Origin: a virus
Lineage: Duplodnaviria > Heunggongvirae > Uroviricota > Caudoviricetes
Virus record (IMG/VR): IMGVR_UViG_2778261453_000016
Length of the DNA stretch: 5,280 bases
Strand: one strand, 5' to 3'
Numbering within the stretch: the stretch's first letter is position 1; the number at the start of each line of letters is the position of its first letter. Shown one piece after another: positions 1 through 5,280 of the stretch. Below the pieces are notes generated by a model. That model searched no databases and was not told the origin of the DNA. It worked only from the letters and a program-made list of their open reading frames with translations. Made by a program: the position numbers and the translations under genes.

Positions 1-22
1 GTCTAAAAACTAGTATTAAGAC

Positions 23-42
23 TATCACTTATTTAAGTGATA
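23..42. repeat. Interrupted inverted repeat TATCACTTA-tt-TAAGTGATA upstream of the holin gene
   Basis: Seen directly: 23-31 TATCACTTA is the exact reverse complement of 34-42 TAAGTGATA, with a 2-nt spacer. No T-tract follows. TATCAC resembles lambdoid operator half-sites. Function unknown. Confidence 0.5.
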
Positions 43-108
43 CTGGTTGTCTGGAGATTCAGGGGGCCAGTCTAATATTGCACCATCTGTGTACATCGGG
101 GTGAGGAT

Positions 109-324
109 ATGAAATCAATGGATAAGTTAACAACAGGTATCGCCTATGGCACATCGGCTGGTAATGCTGGTTTCTGGGCATTGCAGTTACTCGATAAAGT
201 AACTCCGTCACAGTGGGCTGCAATCGGTGTGCTGGGTAGTCTGGTTTTTGGCCTGCTGACATATCTGACAAACCTTTATTTCAAGATTAAAGAAGACAGG
301 CGTAAGGTTGCGAGAAGAGAGTAA
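109..324 (+). CDS. Class II holin / pinholin (phage 21 S21-like), 71 aa, with dual-start motif
   Basis: Translation starts MKSMDK (Met1/Met4 dual start as in the S21 antiholin/holin pair). Two predicted TMDs: a Gly/Ala-rich TMD1 ([18 protein letters not shown]) and TMD2 ([23 protein letters not shown]), then a charged C-terminus ([13 protein letters not shown]). GAGG Shine-Dalgarno just upstream; stop TAA at 322-324. It is the first gene of the lysis cassette. Confidence 0.85.
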   Translation: MKSMDKLTTGIAYGTSAGNAGFWALQLLDKVTPSQWAAIGVLGSLVFGLLTYLTNLYFKIKEDRRKVARRE

Positions 325-328
325 TCCA

Positions 329-880
329 ATGACTCAAGACTATGAACTGGTTGTGAAAGGAGTTCGCAATTTTGAGAATAAAGTGGCGGTAACTGTAGCC
401 TTACGGGACAAAAAACACTTTGACGGTGAAATTTTTGACTTGGACATCTCGCTGGACCGTGTTGAAGGTGCCGCGCTGGAGTTTTATGAGGCAGCAGCCA
501 GAAGGAGCATCAGACAGGTCTTCCTGGATGTTGCTGCCGGGTTATGTGAAGGGGATGAGCAGTCGCCGGAAAAGCGCCCCATAATTTTAGAGGCGCAGAA
601 TGTGTGGATAACCTACAAAGGAAAGCTACCGGGAAGAATTACTGGTTCTCTGAAGACGCCACCGACGGCATTGCGGTCAGAAAAAGATGATATTGAATCG
701 CCCATTGAAAAACTGGAGGGCAGCGTCGCTGATCTGAATAAAAAATTGTCGGTGCTGATTCCTTCTGAAGATGAAAAAAAACGCCGCGATGAGCAGTTTG
801 CGGCGTTTTACGATTATTGCATTGAAGTTACTCGCAGGAATTTTGTGAAGATTTTTGAGGAGGGTAAATCTCTTCAGTAA
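329..880 (+). CDS. Hypothetical protein, N-terminal region YdfR/DUF1327-like (recollection-level assignment), 183 aa from ATG 329
   Basis: ORF track gives 308-880 from a TTG; the first ATG is at 329, preceded by a purine-rich stretch (GAGAAGAGAG), 4 nt after the holin stop. The N-terminus (MTQDYELVVKGVRNFENKV...GAALEFYEAAARRS) resembles the small prophage protein YdfR that sits between holin and lysozyme in E. coli Qin, as I recall it. The C-terminal ~110 aa are charged and have no family I recognise. Confidence 0.6.
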   Translation: MTQDYELVVKGVRNFENKVAVTVALRDKKHFDGEIFDLDISLDRVEGAALEFYEAAARRSIRQVFLDVAAGLCEGDEQSPEKRPIILEAQNVWITYKGKLPGRITGSLKTPPTALRSEKDDIESPIEKLEGSVADLNKKLSVLIPSEDEKKRRDEQFAAFYDYCIEVTRRNFVKIFEEGKSLQ

Positions 881-1088
881 GCTTATTGGCGGACGCTGCA
901 ATTAATTCAGGAAGGTCCGCAAGGTCATCTGTCAGTGGATATGATGAAAAATCGGCGGCAGTTCTGTTAAGAAGCGCTTTAACTAATTCCTTTTCCTTCT
1001 CCGGCATCAAGTTGATTAGAGCTACGACTGCTTGCCTGAGTGCGATTAAATCAGCAAAAGTTTGTTTTGGTAGATTTGTGTAATCCAT
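828..1088 (-). CDS. Hypothetical small acidic protein (86 aa), convergent with and overlapping the 3' end of the 329-880 gene
   Basis: Minus-strand ORF with ATG at 1088-1086, preceded in the mRNA by AGAGGCGACU-AUG (GAGG, 5-nt spacer). The predicted protein is helical and acidic (MDYTNLPKQTFADLIALRQAVVALINLMPEKEKELVKALL...). It overlaps the upstream + gene by 53 nt. No recognisable family. Confidence 0.4.
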   Translation of the reverse strand: MDYTNLPKQTFADLIALRQAVVALINLMPEKEKELVKALLNRTAADFSSYPLTDDLADLPELIAASANKLTEEIYPPQKSSQNSCE

Positions 1089-1201
1089 AGTCGCCTCTGT
1101 GTTTATCAGATTGACATCCTCCTCCCGCCAGTGCCCATCACTGGTGAGGTAAGATTTAACATATCCGGGGATTTGAAGCCGATAAATCCTGATAAATATC
1201 C

Positions 1202-2229
<1,028 letters not shown>

Positions 2230-2412
2230 ATTAATATTAAATCGGATTATTTTTAGCGCTGAATGTGAAATTTAAATAAAAAGGACTCTTCCATGAGTCA
2301 AAATCCTTGAAATCTTAAGGGTAAGATAAAAGGTCATTAGACAGAATGACACGTTTTATTAATAAATAAAGCTATTGTTTCATTCGTGTGTTTTTCTTTA
2401 CAAAAGTAATCC

Positions 2413-2441
2413 TTGCTATGGTTGGTTAATCATGCGTTAAT
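2413..2441 (+). promoter_or_regulatory. Candidate sigma70 promoter of the cold-shock gene (-35 TTGCTA, 17-bp spacer, -10 GTTAAT), with AT-rich upstream element
   Basis: Hexamers at 2413-2418 and 2436-2441. The layout resembles the cspA promoter (TTGCAT/CTTAAT as I recall it). It predicts a 5' UTR of about 140 nt, typical of CspA-family genes. A GGTTTGTTACAAA motif at 2448-2462 resembles the cspA cold box. Confidence 0.4.
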
Positions 2442-2589
2442 GGTGTTCTGGTTTGTTACAAAATTATCTGAAGCAGTCATTGTTATAATTTTATTATTTG
2501 TACCTCTTGAGATTTCCTTGTTGGTTTTTCTCTCTGATATTTTTTTTCGGACCATTCTGCCCAAGGGCTAACTTCTTCAAAAGGTAATA

Positions 2590-2805
2590 ATGATGTCTAA
2601 CAAAATGACTGGTTTAGTGAAATGGTTTAACCCTGAAAAAGGTTTTGGTTTCATCACGCCGAAAGATGGTAGCAAAGATGTGTTTGTCCATTTCTCAGCT
2701 ATTCAGAGCAACGATTTCAAAACGTTAACTGAGAATCAGGAAGTCGAATTTGGTATTGAGAACGGACCTAAAGGCCCCGCGGCTGTTCATGTTGTGGCAC
2801 TTTGA
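2590..2805 (+). CDS. cspI: CspA-family cold-shock protein (CspI/CspB-like), 70-71 aa
   Basis: Translation [41 protein letters not shown]... carries the RNP1 (KGFGFI) and RNP2 (VFVHF) motifs of the cold-shock domain. AAGG Shine-Dalgarno at 2581-2584. The true start may be the second ATG at 2593 (MSNKMTG). Paralog assignment (cspI versus cspB) is from memory and from synteny with the Qin prophage, and is not certain. Confidence 0.9.
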   Translation: MMSNKMTGLVKWFNPEKGFGFITPKDGSKDVFVHFSAIQSNDFKTLTENQEVEFGIENGPKGPAAVHVVAL

Positions 2806-3004
2806 GGTAGAAAATATTACAAACCATATTCACTTTAGATGCCCGTGTTGCCATGGTTCTCAGTATAGAACATCATCTTTTGATGTTTCTGACAGGAATC
2901 CTTTCGGGGCAAAATGTATCTTTTGTAAATCAATGATGATTACATTTGATAATATTTCACAATACTTAAATGTTAGCCGTCTGTCGTTAGATTTAAGAAA
3001 GTGA
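2789..3004 (+). CDS. Hypothetical Cys-rich small protein (possible zinc-ribbon, C-x-C-C...C-x2-C), start uncertain
   Basis: ORF 2750-3004 (TTG start); the first ATG at 2789 overlaps the last 17 nt of the csp gene. It contains [12 protein letters not shown]...GAKCIFCKS. Its stop lies 6 nt before a strong intrinsic terminator. No clear Shine-Dalgarno, so translation would need coupling to csp. It may be non-coding 3' UTR. Confidence 0.3.
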   Translation: MLWHFEVENITNHIHFRCPCCHGSQYRTSSFDVSDRNPFGAKCIFCKSMMITFDNISQYLNVSRLSLDLRK

Positions 3005-3009
3005 AAATG

Positions 3010-3032
3010 AAGGCTCCTTCGGGAGCTTTTTT
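3010..3032 (+). terminator. Rho-independent terminator (8-bp stem incl. one G.U, UUCG tetraloop, T6 tract)
   Basis: AAGGCTCC-TTCG-GGAGCTTT followed by TTTTTT (T-run 3027-3032). An A-run on the 5' side means it could work in both directions. It probably ends the csp transcript. Confidence 0.75.
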
Positions 3033-3076
3033 GCTTAGTGTCTAGTCGATGGATACTCACATATTACGGTAACATT

Positions 3077-3307
3077 ATGAAAAAAATAATAGTTTTTTTT
3101 AACTCTGAACCAGCAATGGTAGTGCCAGTGATGACCGGAGTTAACACCATCATGCGTGAATATCCAAATGGCGAAACAACACACCTCACTGTAATGGCTG
3201 CAGGGTTTCCATCTCTGACCGGAGATCATAAAGTCATTTATGTAGCAGCGGATCGACATGTAACTTCAGAAGAAATTCTGGAAGCAGCAATGAGACTCTT
3301 GAATTGA
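3077..3307 (+). CDS. Hypothetical small prophage protein (76 aa from ATG 3077)
   Basis: ORF track 3038-3307. The internal ATG at 3077 gives MKKIIVFFNSEPAMVVPVMTGVNTIMREYPNGETTHLTVMAAGFPSLTGDHKVIYVAADRHVTSEEILEAAMRLLN. It lies just downstream of the terminator. Weak Shine-Dalgarno. No family recognised. Confidence 0.45.
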   Translation: MKKIIVFFNSEPAMVVPVMTGVNTIMREYPNGETTHLTVMAAGFPSLTGDHKVIYVAADRHVTSEEILEAAMRLLN

Positions 3308-3479
3308 TTTGATTCTAATGCATTGATAATAAATGATAATCATCTTTATCTGTTTGTGTGAAATTTAGACCGTCGTATGTTGATTATTGCGATGTTTCAT
3401 CTTATCTTTTATACGTTTGCTCCATATAATTGACACTACTGTGTACCAGGAAAGTCATAACAGACTAAAAGAGGAAATG

Positions 3480-3653
3480 ATGAACATTGAAGAGTTAAAA
3501 ACAAAAACAGAAGCAGATATTTCTGAATATATAACAAAAAAAATCATTGAGCTTAAGAAAAAGACCGGGAAAGAAGTTACCAGTATCCAGTTTACTGCAC
3601 GGGAAAAAATGACTGGTCTTGAAAGCTATGATATCAAGATTGATTTAATCTAG
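3480..3653 (+). CDS. gnsB: GnsA/GnsB-family protein (57 aa)
   Basis: Translation MNIEELKTKTEADISEYITKKIIELKKKTGKEVTSIQFTAREKMTGLESYDIKIDLI closely parallels the recalled E. coli GnsA/GnsB sequences (MNIEELKKQAE...TGKEVSEIRFTAREKMTGLESYDVKI...) and has the same length. GAGG at 3471-3474 is 5 nt before ATG 3480. The ORF track's longer 3387 start is unlikely. GnsB lies next to cspI in the Qin prophage. Confidence 0.75.
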   Translation: MNIEELKTKTEADISEYITKKIIELKKKTGKEVTSIQFTAREKMTGLESYDIKIDLI

Positions 3654-3717
3654 TCTGTTTATAGTATTAGCATCAATTTCTTGTCAGATGCTATTCAACA
3701 ATACAATTTACCCATAA

Positions 3718-3742
3718 ACCTCGTTTTTACGGGGTTTTGTTA
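3718..3742 (+). terminator. Candidate rho-independent terminator downstream of gnsB-like gene
   Basis: AACCTCG-TTTTTA-CGGGGTT stem (6-7 bp incl. one G.U) followed by TTTGTT, about 65 nt after the gnsB-like stop. Confidence 0.4.
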
Positions 3743-3948
3743 TATTTAAACATTACCGAATAGATATAAATCTCGATAGTCGGTGGTATTGGTTGTGTGA
3801 CAATACCTAGTCTTTTCGGTATGCCTGGAGAGAATACAAACGACAGATTATGTAAGGGAAACGCGCTGAAACTTTCACACTTTCATGCTGAGTGATTTGA
3901 CGTTATATTTTTAGCCGCAAGTGAAGAGCAAACGCATGGAGCGACAAA

Positions 3949-4155
3949 ATGCATAAAGATCAATACACTGATGACTCATCCCTGGATCAGGTCCGTGTAA
4001 AAACTATGCTCACTAGCACCATTTCTATGAGTTATCCGGATGTTGTAATTGCATGTATAGAACATCAAGTGTCTCTGGAAGCATTCAGGGCAATTGAGGC
4101 AGCGTTGGTGAAGCACGATAAGAATTCGAAGGATTATTCCCTGGTGGTTGACTGA
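3949..4155 (+). CDS. Hypothetical small prophage protein (68 aa), possibly YbcW/YnfO-like by position
   Basis: ATG at 3949 with GGAG at 3937-3940 (7-nt spacer). Translation [68 protein letters not shown]. Size and position (second gene before the terminase small-subunit gene) match the 68-aa ybcW slot in DLP12, but I cannot confirm homology from memory. Confidence 0.5.
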   Translation: MHKDQYTDDSSLDQVRVKTMLTSTISMSYPDVVIACIEHQVSLEAFRAIEAALVKHDKNSKDYSLVVD

Positions 4156-4405
4156 TCACCATAACTGCTAACCATTCAAACTATTTCACCTGTGACAGAG
4201 TCAATATCGCATTCTGTCACTGTCAGGCTAATACAGAACTACAATTCAACTACTGCAATGCCTCGTAATTAGGTGAATTTACAATATCGTCCTGTTCGGA
4301 TGCCAACTGCATTTCTGAGGATAAGGCGTTTATGACTCACATATTTGTCCCACACGCTCGCCAGTCCTGTGCGGGGTGGGAGGGGAGGTAAAGAAACCGG
4401 GATGT

Positions 4406-4600
4406 TCATCCATCATCACTTTGGATTGATGTATATGCTCTCTTTTCTGACGTTAGTCTCCGACGGCAGGCTTCAATGACCCAGGCTGAGAAATTCCCAG
4501 CCCCTTTTTGCTCAAGAGCGATGTTAATTTGTTCAATCATTTGGTTAGGAAAGCGGATGTTGCGGGTTGTTGTTCTGCAGGTTCTGTTCTTCGTTGACAT
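4406..4600 (-). CDS. Small ribbon-helix-helix-like putative DNA-binding protein (64 aa), possibly YlcI/DUF3950-like
   Basis: Minus-strand ORF. The mRNA has GGGG 7 nt before the AUG. Basic N-terminus (MSTKNRTCRTTTRNIR) then a pattern compatible with RHH: beta-strand (IRFPNQMIEQI), helix, G-x-x-S turn (GAGNFSAW), helix (VIEACRRRL). It sits just upstream of cos and is divergent from nu1, the position of ylcI next to nohD in DLP12 as I recall. Confidence 0.5.
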   Translation of the reverse strand: MSTKNRTCRTTTRNIRFPNQMIEQINIALEQKGAGNFSAWVIEACRRRLTSEKRAYTSIQSDDG

Positions 4601-4767
4601 GAGGTTGCCCCGTATTCAGTGTCGCTGATTTGTATTGTCTGAAGTTGTTTTTACGTTAAGTTGATGCAGATCAATTAATACGATACCTGCGTCATAATTG
4701 ATTATTTGACGTGGTTTGATGGCGTAGATGCACGTTGTGACATGTAGATGATAATTATTATCATTTT

Positions 4768-4790
4768 GCGGGTCCTTTCCGGCGATCCGA
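4768..4790 (+). other. cosQ-like region upstream of cosN (by similarity to the lambda right end)
   Basis: GGGTCCTTTCCGGCGATCCGACAGGTTACG directly precedes the cohesive-end sequence and matches my recollection of the lambda right-end/cosQ region. Exact cosQ boundaries are not determinable from sequence alone. Confidence 0.45.
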
Positions 4791-4799
4791 CAGGTTACG

Positions 4800-4811
4800 G
4801 GGCGGCGACCT
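4800..4811 (+). other. cosN cohesive-end sequence GGGCGGCGACCT (lambda-type 12-nt cos overhang)
   Basis: Exact match to the 12-nt lambda cohesive end. The downstream sequence (CGCGG...TTTATGAAAATTTTCCGGTTTAAGGCGTTTCCGTTCTTCTTCG...) tracks the lambda left end nearly base for base. Confidence 0.85.
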
Positions 4812-4851
4812 CGCGGTTTTTCACTATTTATGAAAATTTTCCGGTTTAAGG

Positions 4852-4865
4852 CGTTTCCGTTCTTC
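4852..4865 (+). promoter_or_regulatory. cosB R3 element (gpNu1 binding site), CGTTTCCGTTCTTC
   Basis: R-element consensus CGTTTCC-TTCT at the lambda-equivalent position downstream of cosN. Confidence 0.7.
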
Positions 4866-4906
4866 TTCGCCGTAACCTAATGTTTTTATTTAAAACACCC
4901 CCTGAA

Positions 4907-4922
4907 AAGAAAGGAAACGACA
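4907..4922 (-). promoter_or_regulatory. cosB R2 element (inverted orientation)
   Basis: AGAAAGGAAACGACAG is the exact reverse complement of 4949-4964 (a 16-bp perfect inverted repeat). It matches the lambda R2/R1 arrangement. Confidence 0.75.
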
Positions 4923-4948
4923 GGTGCTGAAAACGGGCTTTTTGGCCT

Positions 4949-4964
4949 CTGTCGTTTCCTTTCT
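4949..4964 (+). promoter_or_regulatory. cosB R1 element, CTGTCGTTTCCTTTCT
   Basis: Perfect inverted partner of R2. It lies about 25 nt upstream of the Nu1 start, as in lambda. Confidence 0.75.
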
Positions 4965-4988
4965 CTGTTTTTGTCCGTGGAATGAACA

Positions 4989-5280
4989 ATGGAAGTCAAC
5001 AAAAAGCAGCTGGCTGACATTTTCGGCGCGAGTATCCGTACCATTCAGAACTGGCAGGAGCAGGGAATGCCCGTTCTGCGGGGTGGTGGCAAGGGTAATG
5101 AGGTACTTTATGACTCTGCCGCCGCCATAAAATGGTATGCCGAAAGGGATGCTGAAATTGAGAACGAAAAGCTGCGCCGGGAAGTTGAAGAACTGAGGCA
5201 GGACAGCGAGACAGATCTCCAGCCAGGGACTATTGAGTACGAACGCCATCGACTTACGCGTGCGCAGGCCGACGCACAGG
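4989..5280 (+). CDS. nu1: Terminase small subunit Nu1 (lambda gpNu1 / NohA-NohD family), N-terminal 97 codons; 3' end beyond window
   Basis: ATG at 4989. Translation [69 protein letters not shown]... is near-identical to the lambda Nu1 N-terminus (winged HTH that binds cosB). The ORF runs in frame to the window end, so it is truncated by the window. Confidence 0.92.
   Translation, partial: MEVNKKQLADIFGASIRTIQNWQEQGMPVLRGGGKGNEVLYDSAAAIKWYAERDAEIENEKLRREVEELRQDSETDLQPGTIEYERHRLTRAQADAQ

Noticed and set aside
59-271. Minus-strand 70-aa ORF antisense to the holin gene
   Set aside because: It lies entirely within and antisense to a well-supported holin CDS, with no ribosome-binding site and no recognisable protein features. 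Most likely a shadow ORF.
677-1083. ORFs 677-901 (-) and 886-1083 (+)
   Set aside because: Both overlap better-supported ORFs on the opposite strand (329-880 + and 828-1088 -). They have low-complexity, Arg/Ser-rich translations typical of antisense frames.
2860-3259. Minus-strand ORFs 2860-3060 and 3035-3259
   Set aside because: The first would have to read through the strong stem-loop terminator at 3010-3032. The second is antisense to the 76-aa + ORF and is rich in His/Trp/Cys, as expected of an AT-rich antisense frame.
4907-4964. Large hairpin (16-bp perfect inverted repeat with 26-nt spacer) that looks like a terminator or mobile-element terminal inverted repeats
   Set aside because: Position, sequence (CGTTTCCTTTCT cores) and the adjacent cohesive-end sequence identify these as cosB R2/R1 Nu1-binding sites, not a terminator or IS ends.
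4890-5249. ORFs 4890-5249 (-) and 4924-5130 (+) overlapping cosB and nu1
   Set aside because: They overlap the Nu1 coding frame, whose identity is strongly supported, and the cosB repeats. The translations have no features of real proteins.

Overview
This window reads as the late-region/packaging junction of a lambdoid (lambda-like) enterobacterial prophage, all on the + strand apart from two small minus-strand genes. In order: (1) a lysis cassette with a class II S21-type pinholin (109-324, MKSM dual start), two uncharacterised genes wedged into the cassette (a YdfR/DUF1327-like ORF at 329-880 and a convergent minus-strand 86-aa ORF at 828-1088), a T4-lysozyme-family endolysin with a secretory/SAR-type N-terminus (1202-1735), and the Rz i-spanin (1732-2229) with an embedded +1-frame Rz1 lipoprotein (1925-2179). 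(2) A visibly AT-rich moron cluster: a CspA-family cold-shock gene (cspI/cspB-like, 2590-2805) with a long leader and candidate promoter, a Cys-rich ORF overlapping its 3' end, a strong intrinsic terminator (3010-3032), a 76-aa orphan, a GnsA/GnsB-family gene (3480-3653), a 68-aa orphan and a minus-strand ribbon-helix-helix-like ORF (4406-4600). (3) A lambda-type cos site: the 12-nt cohesive end GGGCGGCGACCT at 4800-4811, with cosB R3/R2/R1 repeats downstream, followed by the start of terminase small subunit Nu1 (4989 to the window end, truncated). No tRNA, rRNA, CRISPR array or IS element was seen. I did not recognise a classical multi-gene defence system; every ORF is under 200 aa. The best candidates for undescribed biology are the two unknown genes inside the lysis cassette, the Cys-rich ORF coupled to the csp gene, and the small RHH gene abutting cos. 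All family assignments rest on reading the translations and on recalled reference sequences; no database search was run.
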